Positions 9,693 through 19,961 are shown, counted from the first letter of the stretch. The stretch is 64,000 bases of DNA from Oscillospiraceae bacterium (GCA_902796075.1 CADBNN010000020.1:4258-68257); one strand, 5' to 3'. Notes: generated by a model from the sequence alone, not told the origin. Translations and numbers: made by a program.

Positions 9693-10487
9693 TTACGTCC
9701 GGTCGTGTTCCGTGCTGTGGCGCCATTGGGTGGGGGTCATGCCGAAGTGGACCTTGAACCGCCGCACAAAGTTGGAAACGTCGGTGAATCCGCTTTCTTC
9801 ACACACCGCCGCCACCGTGGCGGAGGAGGTGAGCAGCAGCTTTTTGGCGTAATCGAATCGCAGGGCGTCCAAATAGGTTTTGAAGTTTACTTTCATATCC
9901 CGCTTGAACACCGCCGAAGCGTAAGAGGGGGAAAGCCCCACGTAGGCGGCCGCCTGCGCCAACGATATAGGCTGGCGAAAATGGGTGAGCAGATAAAAGT
10001 GGATCTTGGCCACCGCGTCGTCCTGCGAAGGGGCCAGATCGTCCGGCCAGAAGTGCAGCATTTTGCGCAGCAGGCATTCCATCAGCACCGTGCAATAGGC
10101 CAGATCGCCCTGATGTTGAATGATCTCTTCCAGCAGGGGCACCAAAAAGCGCTGGGTGTGCGCGTCGGCCGCCGCCGCTTTGGGAGCGGTCAGGCGCAAA
10201 AAGGGCTCCAAACAATGCTGGGGCACCAAATCGGCCGAAAACATAATGTTCACCAAGTGCACGTTGTTGCCCCGCACGCTGTGGCAGTCCAGGGGCGTCA
10301 TAAAAAACAGCATTCCCTTGTGCATGGGCATCACGGTGCCGTTCAGCGTGCAGTTGCCTTCGCCGCCGGTAATGTATTCTATTTCATAAAAATCGTGGAA
10401 ATGATTCGCTGTAAAGCCGTCAAACCGTTTTTGCCGCGCCACAATACTGCGCTGGTCAAATAAATCTTCTTTTTGCAGTCGTTCCAT
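9693..10487 (-). CDS. AraC family transcriptional regulator (cupin sensor plus C-terminal HTH)
   Basis: The C-terminal ...LTSSATVAAVCEESGFTDVSNFVRRFKVHFGMTPTQWR is an AraC HTH. I placed the start at MERLQ (10487) because AAGGAGG lies 8 nt upstream. The ORF extends to 10508 without an RBS. Confidence 0.85.
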   Translation of the reverse strand: MERLQKEDLFDQRSIVARQKRFDGFTANHFHDFYEIEYITGGEGNCTLNGTVMPMHKGMLFFMTPLDCHSVRGNNVHLVNIMFSADLVPQHCLEPFLRLTAPKAAAADAHTQRFLVPLLEEIIQHQGDLAYCTVLMECLLRKMLHFWPDDLAPSQDDAVAKIHFYLLTHFRQPISLAQAAAYVGLSPSYASAVFKRDMKVNFKTYLDALRFDYAKKLLLTSSATVAAVCEESGFTDVSNFVRRFKVHFGMTPTQWRHSTEHDRT

Positions 10488-10620
10488 AGCCGAATCCTCC
10501 TTGCGCAAGCATTATAGCACAAATCATAAAAAAAATCAATTCCCTTCCAAAAAGTTCTATTGCACTTTCACAAGACCGTGGTATAATACAATTGAACCCG
10601 TGTGTAAGGAGGAGGTCGCC

Positions 10621-13065
10621 TTGCCTCACAATACCTATTATCTGGCAGGCAACGCCCATTTGGATCCTATGTGGCAGTGGACCTGGCAGGAAGGCAGCGG
10701 CGAAGCCAAAGCCACCATCCGTTCCGCCCTGGACCGTATGAAAGAATTTCCCGCGTTTCGCTTTATTTGTTCGTCGGCGCTGGTGTTTGAATGGATCGAA
10801 GAATTTGCTCCCGCCATGCTGGAGGAAATTCGTCAGCGCGTGGCCGAAGGCCGGTTCATTCTGGTGGGCGGCTGGCACGTGCAGCCCGACTGCAATATGC
10901 CCGGCGGCGAATCCTTTGCCCGGCAAAGCCTGTATGCCCAGCGGTATTTCGCCCGCACCTTCGGCGTTACCGCCCGGGTGGGCTATTGTGTAGACAGCTT
11001 TGGCCATTGCGCTACCATGCCCATGCTGCTGCGGCACAGCGGGCTGGACTATTATATATTTATGCGGCCGGGCGCCCACGAAATGGCGCTGCCGGAAGAA
11101 ACCTTCCGCTGGGTCGCGCCCGACGGCAGCCGGGTGCTGGCCAGCCGGATCGACGGCAAGTATGACGTGAATTTTACCTCCGCCGAAGAACTGCAGGAAC
11201 GGCTGGACCATTTGCGCCAAACCACGCGTGAGGGCATGCCGGTGCGCCCCCTGTTTTACGGGGTGGGCAACCACGGCGGCGGCCCCACCATTCAGAATTT
11301 AACGGTGCTGGGCGCCTATGGCGACGCCCATCCCGACGATACGCTGATCTATTCCGATCTGCTTGACTTTTTCGCCGCGGCGGAAAACGCGCCGGTGCCG
11401 CCCGTTTTGTTCAAGGGTGAACTGCAGCACCATGCCAGCGGCTGTTACGCGGCGGAACCCCGGGTAAAAACCGGTGTGCGCCGGGCCGAAACCGCCCTGG
11501 CGGCGGCGGAATCCTACACCATGCTGGCGGCTGCGCTGTGCGGCAAGCCGGCCAAAACCGAAGCTTTTCACAAGGCGTGGGACCGGGTGTGCTTCTGCCA
11601 TTTTCACGATTCCATGGGGGGCTGTTCCATTCGGGAAGCCCATGATGAAACGCTGGCCATGCTGGGCGCCGCCCGCACCACCGCGGCGGAAGAAGAAAAC
11701 AACGCCCTGCAAACCCTTTCCTGGCAGGTGGATACCGGCACCATGGAACAGGGCAAGCCCGTGGTGGTGTTCAATCCCCACGCTTTCCCCGTTACCCACA
11801 CGGTGCAGGTCAACCAGCAGGCGGCGCGCGTCACCGACGAAGCCGGTAACCCGGTGGTGAGCCAGCCGGTGCTGTCTTCTTCCCACGAATGCATGAACCG
11901 GCCGGATACGTTGTTTACCGCTCAGGTGCCTCCGCTTGGCTACCGGGTGTATCATCTGGTGCAGGAGGGCGATCCGCTGCCCGCGGCCGAAAGTCCGGTG
12001 CACGCCGCGTTGTGCGACGGCCCCTGCACCTGCGAAACGGTGAACGGCGCCGTGCTGGAAAACGAACGTCTGCGCCTTACACTGGAAGCCCACACCGGCT
12101 ATGTGCTTTCGCTGTTTGATAAAACCGCCGGCCGGGAACTGCTGGCCGACCGCGGCGGGGTGCCGGTGGTGCTGGATGAATTTTATCACGATACCTGGAG
12201 CCACGCCAAAAACACCTTTGGCGACGTGATGGGCCGCTTTAGCGACGCGCGCATGACGGTGACAGAAAACGGGCCGGTGCGGGCCACCGTGAAGGTGACC
12301 AGCCGTTACGGCCGTTCGGTACTTACCCAATATTTTTCTCTGGCTGCCGGCAGCGACCAGCTGCAGGTGCGGGCCCGGGTGGAATGGCATGAGCGGCACA
12401 AAATGCTCAAGCTGGCCTGGCCTGTTGCGGCGCAGGATCCGCAGGCCTATTATGAGATTCCCTTCGGCGTGATCGCCCGCCCCTGCAACGGGGAAGAAGA
12501 ACCCGGCCTGACCTGGACGGCGGTGCTGGGACGTGAGGGCGGCCTGGCCGTGCTGAATAATAATACCTACAGTTCTTCGGTGCAGGGCGGCACGCTGTAT
12601 CACACGGTGCTTCGCAGTCCCATTTTCGGGGACCACGGCGGTCCCCGCACGGAAGAAAGCGAATACACCGCCCAGGGGCAAACAGACTTTTCCTACGCGG
12701 TGCAGCCTGCCAACGGCACGTGGCACACCCTTGTGCAAGCCGGGCGCCTGCTGAACAAGGGCCTTACCCCCGTGCTGGAAACCTGGCACACCGGCCCCCT
12801 GGCTCACGCTCCCTACGCCGGGCTTGCGGTTAGCGCTCCCAACGTGGCGGTGAGCGCCCTGAAAGCCGCCGAAAACGGCGACGGCCTGGTGGTGCGGGTG
12901 TATGAAACCGACGGCCGCGATACTGATTTTACCGTAAGCGGTGATGCGGTGGGTGCCCCGCTGCAGGGCCGGTTGCCGGCCTTTGGGGTGCAAACCTACT
13001 ACCGCAAAGCAGACCAAACCGTGTGGCAGCCCGTGCTGTTCACGGAAGAAAAACCCGGTTGCTAA
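10621..13065 (+). CDS. Glycoside hydrolase family 38 alpha-mannosidase
   Basis: N-terminal HLDPMWQW...GGWHVQPDCNMPGGESFARQ is the GH38 catalytic-domain signature. The start is assigned to TTG 10621, 5 nt after a strong AAGGAGGAGG RBS. The upstream in-frame ATG at 10501 has no RBS. Confidence 0.85.
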   Translation: MPHNTYYLAGNAHLDPMWQWTWQEGSGEAKATIRSALDRMKEFPAFRFICSSALVFEWIEEFAPAMLEEIRQRVAEGRFILVGGWHVQPDCNMPGGESFARQSLYAQRYFARTFGVTARVGYCVDSFGHCATMPMLLRHSGLDYYIFMRPGAHEMALPEETFRWVAPDGSRVLASRIDGKYDVNFTSAEELQERLDHLRQTTREGMPVRPLFYGVGNHGGGPTIQNLTVLGAYGDAHPDDTLIYSDLLDFFAAAENAPVPPVLFKGELQHHASGCYAAEPRVKTGVRRAETALAAAESYTMLAAALCGKPAKTEAFHKAWDRVCFCHFHDSMGGCSIREAHDETLAMLGAARTTAAEEENNALQTLSWQVDTGTMEQGKPVVVFNPHAFPVTHTVQVNQQAARVTDEAGNPVVSQPVLSSSHECMNRPDTLFTAQVPPLGYRVYHLVQEGDPLPAAESPVHAALCDGPCTCETVNGAVLENERLRLTLEAHTGYVLSLFDKTAGRELLADRGGVPVVLDEFYHDTWSHAKNTFGDVMGRFSDARMTVTENGPVRATVKVTSRYGRSVLTQYFSLAAGSDQLQVRARVEWHERHKMLKLAWPVAAQDPQAYYEIPFGVIARPCNGEEEPGLTWTAVLGREGGLAVLNNNTYSSSVQGGTLYHTVLRSPIFGDHGGPRTEESEYTAQGQTDFSYAVQPANGTWHTLVQAGRLLNKGLTPVLETWHTGPLAHAPYAGLAVSAPNVAVSALKAAENGDGLVVRVYETDGRDTDFTVSGDAVGAPLQGRLPAFGVQTYYRKADQTVWQPVLFTEEKPGC

Positions 13066-13129
13066 CGGGCCCGCGCCCGTTTCGACATTGCTCGAAATTC
13101 TTTGATTCTTAAGAAGGAGATGTTTCAAG

Positions 13130-14986
13130 ATGAAAGCAAGTATAACACGCATCCTCAGTTTGCTGCTTGTGGCCATGATGGCGATCACCATTTTTGCCGG
13201 CTGCACGCAGCAACCGAAGGACACCACGCCTACGGACGTGACGCCCACCGAAACCACCCCCGAATCGGTACCCGAACCCGTTATTGTGGGGCCGGAAGAC
13301 GATGATCCCTATACCATCAGCAAAGACGCCGATGGCAAGGACGTTGTGATCCTTACGCCCAATGACGACGGCACCGCCACCATGAACGTGGCCGAAGGCA
13401 CCACCCTGGAACAGTTCTTCACGCTGGTAACGGCGAAGGAAGGCTACACCCAGAAGGTGACCGACGCGGAAGGCAACGAAGTGACCGATCCCGCCGCCCT
13501 CATCGCCGACGGCATGACCTATGCCGTGTATGCCGACGGGGAGACCGACCCGGCCAAACAGTTTGCCATTCATGTGGAAAGCCAGGAAAAGATCGAAGAA
13601 ACCGTAAGTCAGGCGGCTGTGGTTTCCCAGCAGATCGCCAAAGCCGAAAGCCAACGCGCTAACCAAACCAGCAGCAAGGGCAAAGGCAACGGCAAAACCG
13701 ACAGCAGCAAAAACACCAAATCTTCCACGCCTTCTAAGGACCCCGGCAGCCCCGACACGCCTTCTTCCAAAGACGAAACGCCCATGGAAGATATTATCCT
13801 GTCCACTATCTGGGATCATAACTATCAGGCTTCCGATAATACCGGCAACGCCTGGCAGTCCACCTTCAAAAACATGGAAAAGAAATATCACATCCGCACC
13901 ATCATCGATCCCCATCTGGATGCCGCTACCGCTACCGACCTGATCGTGAAAGACGTTATGGCCGGCAAAGCCCGCGTGGATATTTACGAAGTTTCGCTGG
14001 TGCGCTGCCGCGATATCGCCAAGCGCAAAGCGGCCGCCAACATTTACAAATCCAAAACTATCAACAAGGATGTTTTCAACACCAGCGCTACCAAGTCGGT
14101 CACCTTCAACGGCAAGGTGTACGGCGTGGCGTTCGCTTCCAATGCCCTTAACCCGGTAGGCGTAATCTACAACAAGGACCTGATCAAAAAGTACGCGCCC
14201 GAGTATGACATTGCCAAACTGTATAAAGAGAAAAAGTGGGATTTCGACGCCATGCGCGCCGTGGCCAAGCTGTGCACCCGCGATACCAACGGCGACGGCA
14301 AAACCGATATTTACGGCGTGACCTCCAACACCAACCTGATCGGTATGGCCATCACCAACAACGCCGGCGCTACCGCCGATATGGTGAACGGCCGCGTGGT
14401 ACCGGTTATGTGCAGCGACGAAGGCATTCGCGCTCTTGAATGGTGCAAAGCCCTGTGGAAAGACGATAAGAGCTGGAAGTACTTCGGCGATATCACCGAC
14501 GCAGTGCCCTTCTTCGCTTCTGGCCAATGCGCCATGTTCGCTTCTTATCTGCAGTATTATCCCAACATCGCTTCTTTGGCCGACTTCGATTTCGGTTTCG
14601 TGCTCATGGCTATGGGCCCGGATAAATCGGATTACATCAACGCCGTGTACGACAGCAGTCTGTATATCGTGCCCAAAACCCGCGAAAACCGGCTGGACGT
14701 GATCGGCAACTGGCTCAACGGCGCGGCTACCATGTCCAGCAAGATCATTACCTTCAACGTGCAGAAGATGGCCCGCAACGGCTTTGACAAGACCTCTACC
14801 GACGCTTACAAATGGGTAGTTGCCCACATGACGCCCGAATTCTCTTCCGGCGTGTTCTCCGGCAAAATCGCTTCTCAGGTAGACGGTTCTGTTACCTCGC
14901 CCTCTAAATCGCCTTCCAAAGTTATGACCGCTATCAAAACGGCGGCGCAGGCGGAATGCGACGACTACTACGCGGATCTGTATTGA
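13130..14986 (+). CDS. Extracellular solute-binding protein (ABC-transporter SBP family 1 fold) lipoprotein with a long disordered linker. Orphan: no permease or ATPase adjacent.
   Basis: Signal peptide plus lipobox (IFAGC). A ~200-aa T/P/E/D/K/S-rich linker is followed by an SBP-like domain (...NTNLIGMAITNNAGATADMVNG...). RBS AAGAAGGAG. Confidence 0.7.
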   Translation: MKASITRILSLLLVAMMAITIFAGCTQQPKDTTPTDVTPTETTPESVPEPVIVGPEDDDPYTISKDADGKDVVILTPNDDGTATMNVAEGTTLEQFFTLVTAKEGYTQKVTDAEGNEVTDPAALIADGMTYAVYADGETDPAKQFAIHVESQEKIEETVSQAAVVSQQIAKAESQRANQTSSKGKGNGKTDSSKNTKSSTPSKDPGSPDTPSSKDETPMEDIILSTIWDHNYQASDNTGNAWQSTFKNMEKKYHIRTIIDPHLDAATATDLIVKDVMAGKARVDIYEVSLVRCRDIAKRKAAANIYKSKTINKDVFNTSATKSVTFNGKVYGVAFASNALNPVGVIYNKDLIKKYAPEYDIAKLYKEKKWDFDAMRAVAKLCTRDTNGDGKTDIYGVTSNTNLIGMAITNNAGATADMVNGRVVPVMCSDEGIRALEWCKALWKDDKSWKYFGDITDAVPFFASGQCAMFASYLQYYPNIASLADFDFGFVLMAMGPDKSDYINAVYDSSLYIVPKTRENRLDVIGNWLNGAATMSSKIITFNVQKMARNGFDKTSTDAYKWVVAHMTPEFSSGVFSGKIASQVDGSVTSPSKSPSKVMTAIKTAAQAECDDYYADLY

Positions 14987-15020
14987 TCTGAGCGTCTATC
15001 GTCAAAAATCCATAACCCCG

Positions 15021-15057
15021 CGGGGTCGGCTTTTGCAAGCCGGCCCCGTTTTTTTGC
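15021..15057 (+). terminator. Rho-independent terminator after the SBP gene
   Basis: GGGGTCGGCTT-TTGC-AAGCCGGCCCC forms an 11-bp stem with one G-U pair, followed by TTTTTTT. Confidence 0.6.
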
Positions 15058-15128
15058 GCTAAAGGCTTGCAAACCGGGCCGGTTTTCGGTATGATAAAAG
15101 GGTAGATCCACCCAAGGAGGTTTTTGTA

Positions 15129-15746
15129 ATGCATGTTTTGATTTTGAACGGCAGCCCCCGTAAGCAAGGCAATTCGCAGCGCCTGCTGCAGGAGGTCACC
15201 CGCGTGCTGGACGAAGCGCAGGTAACCTGGGAATGCTGGCACCTGGGCACCAAGGCGGTGCAGGGCTGTTTGGCCTGCGGCTATTGCCACACCCACCCGG
15301 GCTGCGCGCTGCAGGACGACGTGAACGAACTGGCCCCCAAGCTGGCTGCCTGCGACGGGCTGGTGATCGTTTCGCCCGTGTATTACGCTTCGGCCAACGG
15401 CAGTTTGGTGGCCCTGCTGGACCGGCTGTTTTACAGCGCCCGGTGCGATTTGCGCATGAAGGTGGGCGCCGCGTTTGCCGTGGCCCGCCGGGGCGGCACC
15501 TCCGCCACTTTTGACCAGCTCAATAAATATTTCACCATCAACCAAATGCCCATCGCCTCCGGCCGGTATTGGAACAACGGCTTCGGCCGGGAACCGGGGC
15601 AGATCGAACAAGACGCGGAAGGCCTGCAAAACGCCCGGGTAGTGGCCCGCAATATGGTGTTTTTAATGCGGTCCATCGCCCTGGGCAAGCAAACCTACGG
15701 CCTGCCGGACCCCGAGCCCGTGCAAATGACCCACTTTATTCGCTGA
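15129..15746 (+). CDS. Flavodoxin-like fold NAD(P)H-dependent FMN reductase / iron-sulfur flavoprotein-like
   Basis: 205 aa. MHVLILNGSPRKQGNS (the FMN-reductase N-terminal motif) and Cys cluster CLACGYC. RBS AAGGAGG. Confidence 0.75.
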   Translation: MHVLILNGSPRKQGNSQRLLQEVTRVLDEAQVTWECWHLGTKAVQGCLACGYCHTHPGCALQDDVNELAPKLAACDGLVIVSPVYYASANGSLVALLDRLFYSARCDLRMKVGAAFAVARRGGTSATFDQLNKYFTINQMPIASGRYWNNGFGREPGQIEQDAEGLQNARVVARNMVFLMRSIALGKQTYGLPDPEPVQMTHFIR

Positions 15747-15778
15747 CCCAAAGCGCAAGCACGTTGTGCGTCAGCGAC

Positions 15779-15807
15779 TTGCCGTTATGTACCGATAGTG
15801 GTACAAT
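15779..15807 (+). promoter_or_regulatory. Promoter TTGCCG-17-TACAAT (with extended -10 TGGTACAAT) for the WYL regulator gene. It contains the perfect palindrome TGTACC-GATAGT-GGTACA (15788-15805) overlapping the spacer and -10: a putative autoregulatory operator.
   Basis: Read directly: -35 at 15779-15784, spacer 15785-15801, -10 at 15802-15807. The palindrome arms are exact reverse complements. Confidence 0.55.
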
Positions 15808-15833
15808 CAACAACACAGAACAGGAGGCGCACC

Positions 15834-16847
15834 ATGAAAAATCCCCAATCGAAAAAGGAAACGTTGAAAGGGCTGGAACCCAAAAAATTGGCGTTGCTGC
15901 GCATTTTGCAAATCATGCAGCAATACAGCGATCACGACCATCCGCTCAAGCAAGAGGATATTGCCCAATATCTTGAAAACGAATACGGTATCGTGATCGA
16001 GCGCAAAGCTATCAGCCGCAACATTTCTTTGCTGAAAGAAGCGGGATTTGAGATCGAATCCTGCCGTGCCGGCAGTTATTTGGACGAGCGCGATTTTACC
16101 GATGCGGAACTGCGCATCCTGATAGACGGCGTTTTATCCAGCAAGTATATCACCGCCAGCTATTCCAAAGCGCTGATCGATAAACTGTGCGCCCTGTCCA
16201 GCCGGTATTTTCGCTCTCACGTGCGGCATATCCATTCGGTAGGGGATTGGGACAAAAGCGAAAACCCGGCTTTGTTTTACAATATCGAGATCGTGGACGA
16301 AGCCATCGAGCAAAAAAAGCAGATCCGGTTTGATTATAACCAGTACGGCGCAGACAAAAAACTGCACAGAACCACCACCCACCGGGTTTCGCCTTACCAG
16401 CTGATCTTGCACAACCAGCGCTATTATTTAATGTGCAAAAGCGAGCGTTGGAAGAACATGGGTTTTTACCGTATGGACCGCATTACCAACATGGCGATCA
16501 CCGAACAAAAACTCACGCCGGTTTCGTCTGTGGAAGGGTACAAAAAAGGCATCAATTATAAGGAACTGGCAACGGCGCTTCCCTATATGTATACCGACAA
16601 GCCGGTGCGGGTGGATTTTATTGCCGCGGCGCAGATCGTAGACCAGATCATCGACTGGTTCGGCAAGGATATCCGCGTGCAGCCGTTGGACGAAAACCAA
16701 CTGAAGGTTACTGTGAAAGCCAGCCCCATGGCCATGGAACACTGGGCGCTGCAGTATGCGGGCTATGTTACCGTAACGGCGCCGGCGGACCTGGTGAACA
16801 ATATCAAAGCCCGCCTGCGGGCCGCGGCGGAACAGTATGACACATAA
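15834..16847 (+). CDS. WYL-domain transcriptional regulator (wHTH-WYL-WCX architecture; BrxR/CapW/PafBC-like)
   Basis: 337 aa. The N-terminal wHTH (LRILQIMQQYSDHDHPLKQEDIAQYL), a central WYL-like region (RFDYNQYGADKKLHRTTTHRVSPYQLILHNQRYYLMCK) and a C-terminal WCX-like region. Start assigned to the ATG at 15834 after a CAGGAGG RBS. Markedly lower GC than flanking DNA. Confidence 0.8.
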   Translation: MKNPQSKKETLKGLEPKKLALLRILQIMQQYSDHDHPLKQEDIAQYLENEYGIVIERKAISRNISLLKEAGFEIESCRAGSYLDERDFTDAELRILIDGVLSSKYITASYSKALIDKLCALSSRYFRSHVRHIHSVGDWDKSENPALFYNIEIVDEAIEQKKQIRFDYNQYGADKKLHRTTTHRVSPYQLILHNQRYYLMCKSERWKNMGFYRMDRITNMAITEQKLTPVSSVEGYKKGINYKELATALPYMYTDKPVRVDFIAAAQIVDQIIDWFGKDIRVQPLDENQLKVTVKASPMAMEHWALQYAGYVTVTAPADLVNNIKARLRAAAEQYDT

Positions 16848-16933
16848 CAATGGCTTTTAACGACGAAAAATTCACCGCCATCCGTTGCAAACAACAAGAA
16901 TCATATCGCTTTTTCGCATTTGCCTAGGAAAAT

Positions 16934-16960
16934 GGACCGTGAAGCTCACGGTCCTTTTTC
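16934..16960 (+). terminator. Rho-independent terminator downstream of the WYL regulator gene
   Basis: GGACCGTGA-AGC-TCACGGTCC is a perfect 9-bp stem, followed by TTTTTCATTT. Confidence 0.65.
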
Positions 16961-17039
16961 ATTTGGCGCGTTATGCCCCGGTTTTGGTACATCGACCGTG
17001 CGATACTCTTTTTATAACGGCCGGAAAGGGGACTGTTGT

Positions 17040-19961
17040 ATGGATCTCATAGGCAACTTGAACGAAAAGCAGCAAGAAGCCGTGCTGGCAACCGAAGGGT
17101 TTGTGCGGGTCATTGCAGGCGCAGGCAGCGGCAAAACCAAGCTTTTGGTCAGTCGGTACGCGTATCTTGTGAAAGAATACGGCATCGATCCGGCCAACAT
17201 TTTGTGCGTTACCTTTACCAACAAAGCGGCCGGTGAAATGAAGCGCCGCATCAGCGCTATCATCGGCGATGAATACGATACGGCGCTGATCTGCACCTAC
17301 CACGGCTTTTGCGCCAGACTGCTGCGGGACGACGGCGAAAAACTGTTTTTATCCAAAAATTTTCAGATCATAGACGCGGTGCAGCAAAAAACCATACTCA
17401 GCGAAATTTACCAAAGGCGGGAATTAAAGCTTGACTACGCCAGCTTTGAAAAAATGCTCAAACAAATAGGAGAATACAAAGCAGCGGCATACCATGCATA
17501 CGTCCCCTGCATGATCAGCCCGGAACAAAAGCAGATCATGGCCGCCGTCGCTTCGCCGGACGACGAGATCGTGGAAGAATATATGCAACGGCAAAAAGCG
17601 GTGAACGCCCTCGATTTTCACGATTTGCTGAGCTTTGCCCTGTATTTGCTGGAAACCGACGAAACCGTGCGCACACGCTGGCAGAACAAACTGAACTATA
17701 TTCAGGTAGACGAATTTCAAGACAGCGCCGCGCGCGAAATGCGGCTGATCGATATTTTGTGCGGCCGTTACCGCAATCTTTTGATCGTGGGCGACCCGGA
17801 TCAGAACATTTACGAATGGCGGGGTTCGGACGTGAAGCTGCTGGTGGATTTTGATAAAACCCACACCCCTACCAAAACGATCATTCTCAATCGCAATTAT
17901 CGCAGCACACCGCAAATACTGGATTGCGCCAACAGCCTGATCGGCCACAACCAACTGCGCTTGAAAAAAGACCTTTTTACCAAGCGCTCGGCGGGCACCA
18001 ACGTTACCCATTTTCATTTTAAAAGCGACGATAAAGAAACCGCCAAAATAGCGGAACTGATCAAAAGCATTGTGCGCAGAAACGAATATAGGTATTCCGA
18101 CATAGCGATTTTGTACCGGTCCGGCTTTTTGTCGCGCCTGGTGGAAAACCGGCTTGCGGAACAAAACATACCCTATGAAATATACGGCGGCGTTAAGTTT
18201 TTTCAGCGCATGGAAGTTTTGGATATGATCGCATACCTGCGGGTGATCGCCTTTGGCGACGATGTTTCGTTCAAGCGCATTATCAACAAACCCCGCAGGC
18301 GTTTCGGCAAAGCCAAACTGCTTGCGCTGGAGCAGCTGCAGGAATCCCTGCAGGCCGCCGGCACACAGACGGTCCCTTTGTTTAACGTTTTGGCGGCTCA
18401 CCTTGAAAACGAGCCGTTTAAAAACAGCGACGCCGCCGGATTCGTGCGGATGATACAGGCTGTGCGAGGCGAAGCGGCCCAATGCAGCATCGGCGAGATC
18501 GTGAACCGCGTGGCGGCCGAATCGGGCTACGAAGCGTACATGCGGGGGTTGGGCGATGAAGAACGCTACAACAATTTAATGGAGTTTAAGCGGGTGGCGG
18601 ATGAGTTTGAGCGAAATTTCGGCGAAGAGATCCCGCTGACGCAGTTTTTGCAGCACCTGGCCCTGCAAAGCGGGGACGACGACGAAACCGAAAGCGACGC
18701 CGTAAAACTCATGACCATACACGCCGCCAAAGGGCTGGAATTCCCCGTGGTGTTCATTATCGGCTTTTCCGAAGGCATTTTTCCGTCTGCCAAAACCATA
18801 GAAGAACGCAAACTGCTGGGCTTGGAGGAAGAACGGCGATTGTGTTACGTTGCCATAACCAGAGCGAAAGAACAGCTGTATTTGATGGATTCCGAAGGGC
18901 TTTCCCAAAACGGCATAAAAAAACTGCCGTCCCGCTTTTTGCGAGAGATCGGGCCGGACCGTTACGACAGGATCGGCGTTATTTCCGACGGGCTCGACCG
19001 GGAAAGCAGAGAATACGCCGCCCGGCTGGACGCAGGATTTGAAACAAAAGCAAGGCGCCTGTATCGGGCAGGCGACGTAGTAACCCACCACGCCTTCGGC
19101 AAAGGGCGGGTGGTTCGTTACGATCCCAAACGCAACAGCCTGACCGTTGCTTTTGAAAAAATAGGGCAGGAGCGTTCGCTTAACGCGGATTATTTCACCC
19201 GGCCGCATACCCTGCCGGCCGTTGCTGCCCCTGCGCCGGAAACGTATCAAACCGAAATCAGCGAAACAGATTTTGAACAAGCAGAAGGCGCCCCGGCGAC
19301 GCCCCGGCTGACGGCCGATTGGATGGAAGATGAAGCGAAGAGTTTACCGTATGATGGGCGTGAGGCGAGGGTGCAAGCCGAAAGCTTTGTGATTCCCGAC
19401 CCGGTGGCGGTGCACCGGGAAGCAGCCGCTCCCGACGAAATCATCACACCTGCGCCTGAACCCGATTATGTTGACGCGCAGGAAGAAGTGAAACGCAAAC
19501 TGGCCAACACGCCCAATTTGTGGAAGCGCGACGACGCACCCCACGACGGCTGGCACTGCGCCGGCGTCAGCGATCTGGGCGCCCCTGTGGGGGTGTGCGA
19601 AATGTGTGGCTGCCAGGTCATCCGGTATGTGCATCACATGGTCCATCCCGCCTTTCACCCGCTTAACGTGGGCTGCGTTTGCGCCGGCAAAATGGAAGGC
19701 AACGTGGAACAGGCGATAAAACGTGAAAACGATTTTAAAAACAAAGAAAATCGCCGCCGGAACTTTTTGAAACGTACGTGGAAAACCTCCCGCAACGGCA
19801 ATCATTACGTCAAAATCAAACAGCACGTGGTCGTGCTGTATCGGCAAAAGGGGGGCTGGCAGTATTCGCTGGACTATGTGTTTTGCAACACGCTTTTTCC
19901 TTCGCGCGACCAGGCGATGAACGCGGCTTTTGAAGCGCTGGATCATGTGATAAAGGCGTAA
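17040..19961 (+). CDS. UvrD/PcrA/Rep-family SF1 DNA helicase with a ~250-aa C-terminal extension containing a Cys/His-rich putative zinc-binding domain
   Basis: Start at ATG 17040 (MDLIGNLNEKQQEAV). Walker A GAGSGKTK; helicase motifs (TFTNKAAGEM, DEFQD, GDPDQNIYEWRG, YRS); a Tudor-like region (GKGRVVRYD...LTVAFE). The C-terminus has HCAG..VCEMCGC..GCVCAG. Confidence 0.85.
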   Translation: MDLIGNLNEKQQEAVLATEGFVRVIAGAGSGKTKLLVSRYAYLVKEYGIDPANILCVTFTNKAAGEMKRRISAIIGDEYDTALICTYHGFCARLLRDDGEKLFLSKNFQIIDAVQQKTILSEIYQRRELKLDYASFEKMLKQIGEYKAAAYHAYVPCMISPEQKQIMAAVASPDDEIVEEYMQRQKAVNALDFHDLLSFALYLLETDETVRTRWQNKLNYIQVDEFQDSAAREMRLIDILCGRYRNLLIVGDPDQNIYEWRGSDVKLLVDFDKTHTPTKTIILNRNYRSTPQILDCANSLIGHNQLRLKKDLFTKRSAGTNVTHFHFKSDDKETAKIAELIKSIVRRNEYRYSDIAILYRSGFLSRLVENRLAEQNIPYEIYGGVKFFQRMEVLDMIAYLRVIAFGDDVSFKRIINKPRRRFGKAKLLALEQLQESLQAAGTQTVPLFNVLAAHLENEPFKNSDAAGFVRMIQAVRGEAAQCSIGEIVNRVAAESGYEAYMRGLGDEERYNNLMEFKRVADEFERNFGEEIPLTQFLQHLALQSGDDDETESDAVKLMTIHAAKGLEFPVVFIIGFSEGIFPSAKTIEERKLLGLEEERRLCYVAITRAKEQLYLMDSEGLSQNGIKKLPSRFLREIGPDRYDRIGVISDGLDRESREYAARLDAGFETKARRLYRAGDVVTHHAFGKGRVVRYDPKRNSLTVAFEKIGQERSLNADYFTRPHTLPAVAAPAPETYQTEISETDFEQAEGAPATPRLTADWMEDEAKSLPYDGREARVQAESFVIPDPVAVHREAAAPDEIITPAPEPDYVDAQEEVKRKLANTPNLWKRDDAPHDGWHCAGVSDLGAPVGVCEMCGCQVIRYVHHMVHPAFHPLNVGCVCAGKMEGNVEQAIKRENDFKNKENRRRNFLKRTWKTSRNGNHYVKIKQHVVVLYRQKGGWQYSLDYVFCNTLFPSRDQAMNAAFEALDHVIKA

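Noticed and set aside
11299-13257. 652-aa minus-strand ORF
   Set aside because: Antisense to the GH38 gene. Arg/Gly/His-rich. Artifact of high GC.
13109-14827. 572-aa minus-strand ORF
   Set aside because: Antisense to the SBP lipoprotein gene. Gly/Val/His-rich low complexity.
17040-19961. Helicase as the housekeeping PcrA
   Set aside because: Not fully rejected. The usual ligA/gatCAB context is absent, the C-terminal Cys/His domain is atypical, and the gene sits in a low-GC segment next to a WYL regulator. I therefore treat it as an accessory UvrD paralog pending genome-wide comparison.
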